DNA of 64,000 bases from Phoronis australis (taxonomy: Eukaryota; Animalia; Phoronida). A program made the translations under genes and the position numbers. The stretch is from the NCBI GenBank assembly GCA_002633005.1, contig NMRA01000013.1, positions 1,392,618-1,456,617 of the forward strand, in the 5' to 3' direction. Below are positions 13,197-25,932 of this stretch, piece by piece; the first letter of the stretch is position 1, and each line of letters starts with the position of its first letter. Below the pieces are notes generated by a model, which had not been told where the DNA came from, did no database searches, and was given only the letters and a program-made list of their open reading frames with translations.

Positions 13197-14883
13197 CTAG
13201 CATATCTGTCCAATCTTATCCTGTCACTTGACCACAGATAGTCATGTGACCAGATATTGTGGCATGATCGAACATCTTTTATAATCTCATGAGGAGATTT
13301 CCTTAACGGCGCTGCTGTCATTTTAATGCACTGTGGGACAGTTGTCGGCTTGTTAAGATCTGGTGACATCACAGATAACTTGGTGACATGACAGAAAAGA
13401 ACCCTTTAATTCACCAAAATTGTTATCACTAGTCCACTACAACATGCTTTTAGAACAAGTATGACTTAGCAATCGTAGTGCAAAAATAAAAGATGGAAAG
13501 ATTGCTAAATCTTTTGTGCAAAAGATTTTTGAGGCAGGTGCCACACATTCTCGTTGAAGTTAAATATCGCTACCTAAAATGCAAATTAACAATCAGGCTT
13601 CAAGTTCGGCAATATGTGTGATGTGAGCATATGTTAACAAACCGACCACCACACCACAATGCATTTGATAAACCACAGCAGCCCGACTAGTTATTGACAG
13701 ATTTGCAGTAGGCGAAATCCTCTAGAGAGAAAGTTTTTTTGTTGGTCCCAGTATAAGCATGTGAAAATTGTTAATGACAAGCTTTAGGTGCTGAATTATG
13801 AGTAGATCTCGGATTATTTTCTAAATCACTCGAGGGCGCTACAGCTGTTAGGTTACGTGGCATCAGAAGACACAACCGCTAGTGGTGGAAATCTGTTAGA
13901 AGATTGCACAAATTCCAAATGAACACGTGTTGACGTGCATAACTGCAGCGTCATCACAACATTGCTTCTGACTTTGTGATCAAGTCTCACTGTGTCTGAG
14001 GATAATTTTGAAGTCTCTATATACGTCAAAGCTTCGTTTATCAGTGACTGTAGATTTTATGTTTGTTACATTATGGATGGATTTTCTGTTAGGCTTAACA
14101 GTAAGGTTGAACACCAAGCAGTGTAAATGTAAACACTTGGCATTGCTGAAAGGAGTCACAGTCTCCATCTTCACTCTGACAACCAATCGGTGGCGAGGAT
14201 TCTGTAGTTAGCTGTTCCATTATGTGGGAACCCCCATTTGAAGACTTCTGGGTATGCCAGTGATGAGGTCAAGGTTTCGTTGGCTTTCATTTTCTAAGGT
14301 GGATGACTTGAGAAGTTTTCTGATGGTACTGAACTGTTTTTATGTGAAATTGGATCTAGGCAAAAGTATTATTTATGTCAAGTGAATTCCGTCTTATTTA
14401 GATTGTAATATTTTAAGTTTGTTTTTCATCCCGTAATTGACTGTAAAGTATGTGTGCGACTCCAAACATCTTATTTGCATTCTGACAATTATTTGTTTTC
14501 AAAAATGAAATCACTGTTTTTTCAACAAACAGGAGTGCACCCCAGCATGAAAATTAGAAAAATAAAACATTTTACCAACTGACCTGCGTAACTCAAAGGA
14601 GTGAGGCAATGCCAAGGGAGAAACTAAGATGGCTTAGTGTTATTTCTATGGGGAGCTGAATCACAGTATATTGTGTACATTGCCAAAAATAAGGCAATGT
14701 TACTGTTACATATTGATACTCTGTAGCATTTAGGCACCTCTAGAGTCCTCCAAATTTTATGTGTCGATCTTAAATGAGTGCTTGTTTTTTTGGTCTCATT
14801 GCGTATTAAGTCACTGATAGAAGTCCCATTCAGCCACACCTACAGTTTTATATTAGAAATGGTGCTTACTGCACAAATCACTT

Positions 14884-14976
14884 ACTAGGTTACCGGATTT
14901 TGAGAACCAGTTTGATGCCTGTTATTCAGTGGAGGAAACTGATTCTCAAAATCTGGGATCCTTGTGAATGACTAGT
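14884..14976. repeat. Short hairpin element in the probable IQSEC 3' UTR
   Basis: ccggattttgagaaccagttt ... aaactgattctcaaaatctgg inverted repeat with gttattcagt core. Confidence 0.7.
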
Positions 14977-17900
14977 GCCGTGCTATCAATACAGTTGTAT
15001 TGTTTTCTTTGTGTATTGGTGTCAATGGTCATTTTAATTTCTAGATACTGGGCAAATCTTTGATCTCTATGAATGAAGTGTTGTGTTTGTTCTCGTCTAA
15101 GGCCTCAGATTGCTAACAATTTACTTGCGGTAACATGTCACCGATGTTATTTTTATGAAACAGAAATAGCACCAAACAAGTGCATGTCCCACACCATAGC
15201 TACCATCGGATAATGTTCAATGAGTTTTTGGGCAGTCGCAAAAATGACAGAAGCATTTGAAAATTGAAAAAAAGATCAGTTTTGGTTATTACTTTTGTCC
15301 AAAACTTGGTGAGATTTTACCGTAAGGTTTCTTGTGGGTTTGTACGGCCTGCTTGTGTGAAAAGCTTGAAATTAAGTGTACAGTCTAAAGGCCATCTGTT
15401 GGGGAGAATGTAATGGCATTTTATTGGACACTTGCAAGGACAGTCATAAGCATCGTTCGGGAAATATCTGGAAATTGAAAACTTTTGTAACAACATACGA
15501 CGAACAATTCCACGAGGTTTTCAAGGCTTTAATTTAATTCCAAGACATTTGTTTTTCCTGCTAAGAGATTTCAAAAATTTGCATGGTCATGGAGAATACC
15601 AGCAATAAACGAGAGAATGAAGTTACTTTCCATGTGCGTCTATTGAACTGAAAACTGACTGGTATTAACAATTCAACTTTATTTTGCTCGTAATACTGGG
15701 ATTTGAGTGGGCTGAATCTGAGTTTATTGTTGAGAATTTAATTATAGCCGATAGGAAATCAGTATTTCATCTCGTGAATATTTGTTTGCTAACATTGTTT
15801 TATACTTTATGTGAATGAAGTGAAATTCCCGGCAGGTTCTGGGTTTTTTGTTGAATGCTGCATCATTTTTAGCCTGCTTTAGCATGTTTATAGCTACGAA
15901 TAGTATATTTTAAGGTGAATCGGAGCAAGAGGGATCAAAATTTCTTTGCTATCTACTCTAATTGCCAAGTAAAGATTAAGTCCCTTGCAAAGCAAGGTCA
16001 GACTGGAATAAATCCACTTAGGAGTGATGAATCTTCTTGTTGAACCTATGAGTGATGGTTTCACCATGTGTAGTAAAGTTGTGAAGACTGACTCGCCCTG
16101 TACTAAAACATGAGAACAAAGGGTACCACCTCAAAACATGCATCTAATACACAGTTCATGAAAAGTGACACTTTAACGGGATTGTATGTAAGAACCAATT
16201 GTAGGCCACATTTTGCCGCGGAATGAAGTAGAAGAAAAAATTTTCAGTAAATTTCTAGGAGCGAACTATGACGTAGTTGCAAATATGTGTAGGTGTGTTG
16301 CTTGGGAGACACGTGCAAGGCCAACAGCAGGGAGGATACATGAAAGTGGTCCATAAGGCCAAATAGTAGAATAACTGGGTCTGGTCTGCGCCTGACTCAT
16401 TTTGAAACCTGCAACTCAAAATTGACACCAGATGGCGCTAGGTAAAAAACTGATTCCGGCTCATTTCATGGGACTTTCTTTTTGAGAATACGGAAATTAA
16501 AAATGCATTACCACCCAACATCAATTTTCAAATAAAACGGACCAAAACTAGTTACCGGTATGCTATTTTTGGCTAGGTAGTTCAAACACTTTTGAAAATG
16601 TTTCCGCACTAAAATAGACATTTTTAAGAAGGCTCTTGTGTGTCGTTTGGGTATAAGTTAGAATTGATGGTCATTTCAGCATGTTTTTTCATGTTATATG
16701 TTGTCTTTCTGTTGTGTGTGGTTTTCTTTCCAAAATCATTAGTTATGGAAAATGTTAATTAATCACCCAGCAGTTATGTTCATGAACTGCTAATGGCTGA
16801 ACTGATTAGTGCAGAAGTATGTAAATAGTAAAGTCATTTTGGAGAACATTTAGACAACTGTCACGTAACCTTATTTATTTCGTTACTGTAAATTTAAAAA
16901 ATGTACATAAATAAATTATTCATAACCCTAACACTAGCATTTTCTAAAATGCAAAACTTGCAATCAAGTCAGATTTTGCCCAAATCATTAGAAAGAAATT
17001 TAAAAATCAATGCAACTACATAGATTTTCAGGTTCAACATTCGACTCATCCCTGAAGCATTATCAAGACAATAAACCAGTGAACACTAAACAGTGTAAAA
17101 ACTGAACTATCTGAACAAACAACAGGTATACTCAACACAGCAAACTACCATAAATTCAAGGCATTAATCTAGTAGCTGCGCCGATTTTTAAATTCCTTTA
17201 AACTTGCAACATTTTGTTCTATCAACTCTCGCTTAACCATGAAACAAAGTATGCACATACACAAGATAGCAAACTTTACCAACAAAGCAAACAACGGCAT
17301 TCCCAGTATCTGAAGACAAGTTGAAGGAAAGTTTTGCGAAGTGCATAAGGTTCACATCTACGATAAAAATTCCTCAGTTGGGAATACACTATGGTGGACA
17401 TGTGAAATTTTGTGATGACAAAAAAATTGACTGTTTGCTTTTAGTATGGCTTGTAGCGATACAAGACAAAATTAATAGGACAAAAGCCCATTTCCCTGTC
17501 GTGGTGGCTAATTCCTGTCTCTTCATTCATTATTGGCCACAAGAGGAGGCTACTCAGACGATTAATTTCGCTTTGGAATAGCCAACATGACAGAAAACTA
17601 TGGGTCATTTGTCTGAACACACTTGGCGTGTACTGTACTTTACAGCCGTTATGACATTTGGTAAATTTGCAATCTAGCTGGTTCACCTCTGAAAAATGAA
17701 AAATTCCTAATTTGTAATACTTATTTTTGTCTCACATTGAAGAATTTCTACCATGTTAAGAATACGACTGATATTCACCGAAAATGAGATCTTGTGTCGA
17801 CAAACAATGAATAGAAATAAGTATCTTCTCACCAAGGACACGGTATACCTGGGGTGCATACTATTACATCAGCTGCTCTTGAGGGCAGTCATTAATTAAC

Positions 17901-19026
17901 ACTAGAACAAAAAACTAGCTATTTTTCAGGGTAATTACCTTCCATTTTATCCTCTCAATTCAACATTCTAGTGTAGCTGTCCACTGTTAATAGTAACCAA
18001 TACGCTAATCTGATCTTGTGAACCATAAGAGAGCTATTTTTACGGCGCACTTTGCAAAGCGTGACCTCGCCAAACTCTCATGAAGCTCGCATAGAACCTG
18101 GAGACTCAATATTCACCAGGTGGCGCTAATGAAGAAAGTGTCTTCTTTTATCACATGGGGGCACTGAGTGTAGGATAAGGGTTTCAAGTCACCACCTGTC
18201 GTAAATAATTGCTTTCCTGCAGGCAAGACTTGTTTCATTAGGTTTTCAAGCTTGTCTGATTGCAAGTTCTGTTGAAAGGTTCAAAAAGGTTCCACTAAAA
18301 TCTTATAATACATAAATATTTACAAATCCTCTAGCAATGTGCAGAGGGCCGACTAAAATGCAACCGACCAATACAGTAATTATCCACTTATTTCGCACAA
18401 AAACAACCAAAATTGACATTTTCCATTTTTCAAATTACCTCACTAACGCAATTTAAATTTTTGACAAAACAATGTTCTATGACACCTACACACTACAAAC
18501 CAAGGTAATATTTCACTAAAACTGTCTCAATCTTTATTTTTGCTGAGAAATGAAAAAAATCAATTTCTCTTGTCGTATAGTGTTACGCTGGAGATGTCAT
18601 GGTAATTCGTTTAACTTTGGATTACGGTATTAACACACTGCATCTTACCACAATAACAGATTTTCACAGTTGTAGAAATGATAATTGCTCGTGACTTTAC
18701 CTCTACAATTTTCATTTCTTAATGATAAAATACAGTGGTCTGATATATTAAGTCAAAACAAAGACATCACTTTCAGAAAAACTACTTTTACCTACAAAAA
18801 TATTTTGAATGTAACTGAGGCACTTGAGATAACATGCAAGTAATAATCAAAAACTAGACCAGGACTAAATTCAAGGGCCCACATAAAATCTGTATTCTTT
18901 GCACCTGAGGGTCAGAGTAGACCAAGAACATAAAACTCTTTAAATATCCTCCCTAATCACTTATTGCATAATATTCAGGTTCTAATTCAGTCCCTTCCAG
19001 TGTCATCAGAGACAAAGTGCAAAGAA

Positions 19027-19250
19027 CAGTGCTAGGAATAACCAATGACAAAAAGATAAAACATTTCCAGGTGATGTATCATTCCACAAATAGGATTATG
19101 TTACAGAAAATTTTCTCGACTGTATGTTGTAAAATTTAACTGAAATAAATGCTTTTGCATGAATGGTCAAAATAATGAGAAAAAAGAGACAGAAAATGTG
19201 TTAACTGGAAATCAAATAAGAGGAAATCGAAAACAAAAGAGGAAAACAGA
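19027..19250. mobile_element. Partial, diverged copy of the CAGGGCTTGGAAT MITE family
   Basis: Similar to 35138-35389 (ggaataaccaatgacaaaaa...actggaaatcaaataa). Confidence 0.65.
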
Positions 19251-19390
19251 ATTTTAGAAGGCTGCTGGAGAGTTTGTAGCAACATAATTTTACTGATAAA
19301 GACTCATCATTCCTCTGTTTAGGTTTGTTAAGCTATTATCCAACATTGAGTATGTTCACATTTGTGTTTCAGAATTCCAGGGAAGAGAGG

Positions 19391-19802
19391 TGTCGCAGAA
19401 TGTGTTATTGTGGTTTTGGTTCATTTAGTTTAGTCATCAAATTACATCACTTCCTGTTGTTGTTTACTACCACTTTCTCCGCATGCAGAAGATGAGTAAT
19501 ACTTCCTATTCTTAGAACTCTTTATTTGTCAGCATAGTGCATCCTTTATTTGTTCATTTATTTCATTGGTTAATTTGTGTTTCTCAGGTCTCTCTCTATA
19601 TATATATCACTTTCACTATATTTTAAGTAGTATCAGTAGCTTCAGTAGTATGAGTTGATTAGTAGTTTGTTCTCCGCATTGAGAGTTGTTCTCGTCATTC
19701 GTTGACAGTCTTCAATATACTAGTCAAGATTCATCTCTCGTGTTCTTGCCTATACGAACCACCTCGTACATAGCCAAACCGCATTTTTCCGTGTACTCCC
19801 CA
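19391..19802 (+). mobile_element. Probable 5' LTR of a BEL/Pao retrotransposon (boundaries approximate)
   Basis: TG...CA segment with a TATA-like run near 19597, directly upstream of the PBS and gag. Confidence 0.55.
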
Positions 19803-19807
19803 AATTT

Positions 19808-19827
19808 TGGTGCCGTGACCGAGGATT
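19808..19827 (+). other. Primer-binding site, tRNA-His type
   Basis: TGGTGCCGTGACC...GGATT is near-complementary to the 3' end of tRNA-His (…UCACGGCACCA). Confidence 0.8.
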
Positions 19828-19872
19828 GAGGACTGACTGCCTCACCTCATCGTTCAACTCATACTAGCCACC

Positions 19873-21111
19873 ATGGAAACTTCTTTAAAACGCCTAAAGT
19901 CAAAACGCGCTGCACAGAAAGGTCAAGTCACCACCCTGCTCAACCGCCTACACGAGCTATCGCCTTCGTCATCTGTAAACAAACTTCTACTGGGCACCCT
20001 TAACACCAAGCTGGACACCATTCGTGAATTCAACCCTGCGATCCACGACCTTATCGATGAAGACAATGCAACAGAAGACACGTTGGCTGATGAATACTAC
20101 ATAACTGAAATAGAAATTGCTATCGCTCAACTAGAAGTTCACTCCGCACACCCTTCTCCACAACCTGCCGTGATCACCACACCTTCAACTGGAAATGTAC
20201 GTCTACCCAAGCTGGAACTACCTCATTTTTCTGGTGACCGATTGGACTTCCCCGCATTCTGGAACATGTTCTCCGCCACTATTGACTCGAATCACCAGCT
20301 TCCAGTTATACAAAAACTTCAATATTTGTTTTCGGTGATAGATGGACCTGCCAAAGAAGTTATAAGTGGACTCACCCTCACGCCAGAAAATTATATAACT
20401 GCAAAAGAACTTCTCACAGAACGTTACGGTTCAGTTATTAAGACCAAAGCCGACATATTCCGTTCGCTCCAATCTCTGCCACACTCATCCCAAGGAAACT
20501 TTGGACACTTTTACTCACACCTGGAAAAAGTCCTACGGACTCTTGACTCGGTCGATCCTTATGGCAACAAGGATTTTCTCGTTACCGTTGTGTTAGACAA
20601 GTTGGCAATCAAGATACAGCGCAACATAGCACGCCACAACAATGGAAGTTCAGAATGCGACCTTGCCACTCTGCGGGCATATCTAAAAACTGAACGCGAT
20701 ATTATGGAGACAGGTAACCACCATCAGAACCAGCTGTCCGCCAGTACCAGCGATTCCTGTTCAACGGCTGCCTTCCAAACCAGCACCAGACTGTACAAGA
20801 CCAAACATAAGTGCTTTTATTGTTCGGGGGACCACTCACCCACTCACTGCCCAACACACATTTCTTATGATTCTCGCTTAATTATAGTTCAGAAAAGGAA
20901 AGCGTGTTTCAATTGTCTAGGCAACCATAGAATAGCTGACTGCCAGTCCCTCAACACCTGTCGCCAATGCAATAAGGTTGCTATTGGCGATGGCCAATGT
21001 GCCGGTCCAGGTCATGGCACTTACACCATGATGGAGTCCTCTGAAAATCTTGTATTGGCCACCAATGTTGTCAGACACTTACGTGAAAAACTCCTTCTGG
21101 AGAGAGCTTGA
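19873..21111 (+). CDS. BEL/Pao gag (DUF1759-type) ORF, truncated in the 3rd zinc knuckle and fused to a foreign C-terminus
   Basis: VRLPKLELPHFSGDRLDFPAFWNMF, QKLQYL...GPAKEVI...NYITAKELLTERYG; knuckles CFYCSGDHSPTHC and CFNCLGNHRIADC; no protease/RT follows. Confidence 0.9.
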   Translation: METSLKRLKSKRAAQKGQVTTLLNRLHELSPSSSVNKLLLGTLNTKLDTIREFNPAIHDLIDEDNATEDTLADEYYITEIEIAIAQLEVHSAHPSPQPAVITTPSTGNVRLPKLELPHFSGDRLDFPAFWNMFSATIDSNHQLPVIQKLQYLFSVIDGPAKEVISGLTLTPENYITAKELLTERYGSVIKTKADIFRSLQSLPHSSQGNFGHFYSHLEKVLRTLDSVDPYGNKDFLVTVVLDKLAIKIQRNIARHNNGSSECDLATLRAYLKTERDIMETGNHHQNQLSASTSDSCSTAAFQTSTRLYKTKHKCFYCSGDHSPTHCPTHISYDSRLIIVQKRKACFNCLGNHRIADCQSLNTCRQCNKVAIGDGQCAGPGHGTYTMMESSENLVLATNVVRHLREKLLLERA

Positions 21112-21150
21112 AGGACTGTCACACAGTACGACTGATGTTCAGGTATAGAA
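20977..21150 (+). pseudogene. Kolobok(T2)-like DDE transposase fragment
   Basis: IGDGQCAGPGHGTYTMME resembles the remembered GDG(R/Q)CDSPGHxAxYxTYTxM motif; after a frameshift, VKNSFWRELEGL resembles EVxxSxxMExEG. Confidence 0.6.
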
Positions 21151-21349
21151 TAGATACAGAAATTGAACAATACTGTAACTGTTCTCTGCTATTAAAGCTT
21201 CATATCAGAGAACAAGCCTAAATACTATGCACTAAGTACAGCCTGCCCCCGACAGAAGAAATTGAGTCACAATGTAATTGCTTTCTTTTGGAATAAAGTG
21301 TTTGTTCAATAAACATTTTGTTCTTTAATTTACAGAAGCAAGTGCATCT

Positions 21350-21730
21350 TTAAGTGTGGCGGCAGCAGATCGCCAAGCACAACTGTCGAAAAAAAGATGC
21401 GACAAAACCATGCTGAAACGGACTATGACTTTAAGGTATGGTAAACTGGGAAAGGATAAAACCATAACGGAGGTTGCCAAGGACGCTTTTGATGAATCAG
21501 TTCTCGTTTCCGATGCAGACACTGTGACGGAAACTGTTTGCGGAACTGATGTTCCAGGCGAAGTTACGCAGGGATTGTGACGTTCAGGGCGTGTGTCAAA
21601 TCCCCAGATTAGATTAGAGTTGTAGCTAGTTCGAACTTAAGAAAGGGGAAGTTGTAGTAACTGTCTTGATAAACCATTGTATAGTGGGCATGTTTTCAGT
21701 CTAGTCATGTGTTGTTAGTGACCTCGTGTT
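21350..21730 (+). mobile_element. 3' remnant of a Gypsy-like LTR element: pol tail, PPT, start of 3' LTR
   Basis: RSGRVSNPQIRLEL* tail, then polypurine tract aagaaaggggaag and TGTAGTAAC; not similar to the BEL 5' LTR. Confidence 0.5.
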
Positions 21731-21749
21731 TCATTTCAGTCGGCTGTTT

Positions 21750-22150
21750 TCACCGATGACATGAAAGGCTGGCCTCTGGTGATATACAGGGATATTTTTA
21801 ATTATCAGGTGCTTTCGAAAGCGGTTGGCGGTGGTGCAACGAAGAACTTTAAAAGCCTGCAGTGGTATGAATATTTTCAAAGTGGTCAAATCGGCAAAGT
21901 TATGCACTACACGTTGGAAAAGTTTGGAATAACAGTTGTGCAAGGTGAAGTCACTACCGACCAGAGCAGTGAAAAGAATATACAGCACGGGTAGAGTGTG
22001 ATGGCTCTGGAAATATAATAACAAGACACTGTTCATGCACCGCAGGCCTCGGCAAGAGTTGTAGCCATGTGGGTGCCTCAAGGAACAATATGACGGGACT
22101 AACCTGTACTGACGAGAAACTGAAGTGCAATTCGGCCACTAAAAAAAGTT
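21750..22150 (+). pseudogene. SWIM zinc-finger ORF fragment typical of ISL2EU/Harbinger-related exonuclease ORFs
   Basis: WPLVIYRDIFNY...KNFKSLQWYEYFQSG, then (frameshift) HCSCTAGLGKSCSHVGA and TCTD. Confidence 0.7.
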
Positions 22151-22954
22151 GAGCCAAAAGCATCGCAAAATATATCATTTACACACAACACTGACAGCAC
22201 TTTGAACTCAGAGGGAGGTAACAATGTAACAAACGCTTTGTTGTCGCCCAGTGCGTAACTCATGAACAGTTTGCAAGGACTGTACAAGAATCACTGTTGA
22301 TGGCACAGTTTGAAATTTAAAACACTACGGTGAATACCAGTTACACAGTAACACCAGCTGCTGAGCAAAGTACGGAATCGGTGCATGATGGTGACCACTT
22401 ATTACATGGTGGCAATGGCGGGTCAGTGGTAAACGATTTTGGAGTGCTGGGATGGTGAACACTAACTAAGTCTTAAAAAGAGACGACCCAGAAAGGCGAG
22501 GTACAGAAAATTCAGTCTTTGTTAAATATGCATACACTGGTTTTAAACATGCATTGATGAACTTCATCTCTAGTTTAATAACTAGGAAATTGAAAGAGTT
22601 AGTTTATTCAGTTTAGTATTTGGTGTTACCATCAACGACAACCTGTAATGGAATTCACACGTATACAATGCTGAGAAAGATGAGCAATGTCTGTGGTGTT
22701 CTTAATAACATTACACATTTCTTGTCCTTTGAAACTTTTGAAAACTTTATACAATGGTCTTATCCTTCATCAAATTCATTATGAAATTTTGCTATGTGCG
22801 AATATCATAGAATATTCAAATGAGGCTATTCGGAGAATTCTCCACGCGGTGTCGCTGCTGTACTAGTGGTGATTAAAGTGTGCATGCATCGCTGTCTGCA
22901 TGTAAACAACTGGTAAAAGATGGAATTGTTATCAAAATACGTCATCGCGCTAAG

Positions 22955-23830
22955 CCTTATTACAGATATTTTCCGAGGTGCAAGTCTTCGACAGGTGGCC
23001 ACAAATTTCCAAAAGACCTAAGTTTACTATATTCGTGGACAATTGCAGTCACAAGGGTCAACCAACTGACAAAAACTATGTGGATGCTGAAGCCCCTTGT
23101 GCACTCTATGCATTTCCTTTTACTTGGTAAGTTTTCAGCAATCAGTTTCTATTGACATCGATCGGTGATGTTATCCCCACCAGTAACCCCACTGAATAAC
23201 GGGTTTATTGAGTGGAGCCAAGTGTTTCTTTTCGGAAACTCACCAGGGACTCGGATGCCGGGTAGGCTAGCAGCACATATTCATATTGTCCTTGGTAGGA
23301 TTATGCCCAATGTACGATCTGTATGGTACGTGACACTCAGAAGTCAACGGTGACTTTTCACAGCAGTTTCTCTTCAAAAATATGCTGTGTCCAATGAAAT
23401 TCTATAGATGAGTGAGTTTCCTTATTATATAGCGGACCCCACCCCCAGGACTACCAGATTAGTTACCGAATTAACATGAATAAGCCTTAATTTCGTAACA
23501 TTGCATTGCAATAAAAATTTACACAAAGAATGAATTTTGCTTGTTGAGATCAGATTGAAGCACATTTTAAGTGTCATGAAAAGTACACATTGTTCAATCA
23601 ATTTTAGCCTGTTTCACATATTTTAATTCAGACATTAAATAAGACTTGGGTACAAAGATTATTAGTTTCTACATATAAACATGAAGATGAAACGTCAAGT
23701 AGGTTCTGCCTTACAAAAGTAGTTTGTCTTGCGTTTTCTTTTATAATTTGCTAATATTTCTCCCACTATTCTGTTACAGGTGAGAGAAAACAACTGAAAC
23801 CAACTGCCTCACCATCTCTTTTACCTTTGG
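22955..23830 (+). pseudogene. Degenerate intron-split THAP domain of a DNA transposon
   Basis: PRCKSSTGGHKFPKDLSLLYSWTIAVTR...W...HF then gtaag (~23127); acag|GERKQLKPTASPSL at 23780 resembles the LKxxAVP box. Confidence 0.6.
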
Positions 23831-24306
23831 AGAAAGTGAAAAGCAATCCTTCAGCAATAACCTGAAAGAAATGAACCTAATTAAAATATTCAGCACTTGA
23901 TATGCCTGATTACGGACTCCATTGCAATGTTGTTTCTTTGTATGTATGTGCTTGTTCAGTTTGCCATTTTGTTTTTAAAAACACTGATAATTGTTTGGAA
24001 TCTTGTGCATAGCAGATACTTATCGAGCTAGCTACAATTGAAAACATAGTATTACTTTTCTTGCATGTGTAACTTTTGTTCATAGACAAGTTAACACAAA
24101 CCATCAAATTGTTCAAAGGCGTTCTTGAAAAAGCTCTAAAAATAATTACACACACAAACAAATCAAATGCAAACAAAGGAAATACTTCATTTTGATCGAT
24201 GAACATTTCTATAGGTCTACAGGAAAATGGCAATTCACAAATGTATTCGGTAATCACTTCAGCTTTATCAAGAATAAGCACAACTGCACTGTATGGGGCT
24301 TTAAAA

Positions 24307-25671
24307 TAGTTTCGTTTTATTCGGTCTTCTCAATTTCAGATACATTTGATGTCTTCAGACATATATAAAGATTATTTGTGGATGGGGAGTTTGCCATTGA
24401 CTTGTCGAAGAGTCCAGTGTAACAGAGAAATAATGGAATCCATAAAAAGGCATCAAAAAGACTGTGTCAAGTCCTACAATAGACATCGCTGGAGATGCAG
24501 ATATATCTGTTGGCAACTGAACCTGGACCAGCACTCAGCTTGAGGAGTCCATTCAGAAATCGGGTCTGTGAGAGATGTCGGAAAGGTGTGGTGGTCGTGT
24601 GACAGGACACTGAGCCTCGACATGGGTGGTACTCGATAACACGATGGGAGTGCAGGCAATGTCAAAGCACGCCGCATGAGGCATGGACTTTTACCTCCCG
24701 TCAGAGTGGAAAGTTTTTCGAGATTAACCATGCCTCTTTGCTGGGAATGCGCCGTTGTTCGCGGAAGAAACTCACAAATACGTCGCTTGAACAAATCGTT
24801 CCACAGACCGAGCGATGCATGAGGGCTCCAAAAGAAAGTGAGAGCGATGTCAGACGTGGACAAAGGACAGACCTTAGTCTGTGCCGTTACTGAGGACGGT
24901 TCATGGTTCACAAGAACGGGAAATTCTAGGCACGGTTTCGTAGGTGTGATAGCGGTGGACACTGGAGAAATTTTGTCATTACAGCTATGTACAATCACTG
25001 CAACAACTGTGAGGAGTTCAAAGCTCAGTCCCACACTGCTGCTGAAGAAATGAAATTCGAAACGGAACATTTTGAGCAGTGCTGACTAAATCACGACAGG
25101 AGCGCTCAAGCCATGGAAGCAGCCGGGGCACTCGAGTGCTTCTCACGTTCAGTGGAAAAATACAACCTCAGGTACAACCCATTCGTGGGAGATGGTGATA
25201 GCGCTGCATTTTCAAAAATAAAAATGTGAAATGCTATGCGACCAACACTTTGAACACAACAAAGAAGAGTGCGACTAGGACACATGAAAAAAGAATGTCT
25301 TGCTATCATGTTTTTCAACGAAGGACACAGACGTGATGTCGGTGTCTACTGCTACAAAGAAAGTGCATTCGGTTATAACATAACAATGCTTCACGCACAT
25401 TGATAATGAACAGCTGCATAAGTGTAAGAAAGCAAACAGTAGTGAGAATAAGGAAAAAACCAAGAAAAAATGAACTCCAAGCTGAAACAGTTGGACACTT
25501 GTAGAAAGAAAGAGGGTACGGTGCAATATAAGTCGTGTGCATTTTATGCTAGTTGGGAAGACATGGGATAAACTTATCTTATCACAAGTTTTCATACTTC
25601 TGCGAGTTAGCAGCTTACCTAGAATTCGGGCTCACAAGTTCCATAATTTGGATTATCATTTTACGTTATCG
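24307..25671 (+). mobile_element. Mutator-like/Kolobok-type transposase relic, copy 1
   Basis: EDGSWFTRTGNSRHGFVGVIAVDTGEIL, NHCNNC, AMEAAGALECFSRSVEKYNLRYNPFVGDGDSA; frameshifts and stops. Confidence 0.8.
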
Positions 25672-25932
25672 TTTCGATACTAAACCATCACTTAATATTT
25701 ACCTTCAAAGACTAACCAAACTACTGAAGTGATAAAATCCTGTTTGTTTGTTATGTGATTTAGATTTGACTACCGAGAGCTCTATTTCCTGGACACATAA
25801 TGAGGCATGAAACATGCGGAATGGCTGTACTTTATACAACACAAGTGTTATAGGTTTATTTCGATTTAAAGAGTTCCTACCACGACCTTGTCTCTCAAAA
25901 AGTTTTTTTTTAATACGTATTAAGAGATTTAA

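Noticed and set aside
19391-21730. Complete LTR element with paired LTRs
   Set aside because: The sequence after the PPT at ~21640 does not match the 5' LTR, so it comes from a different element.
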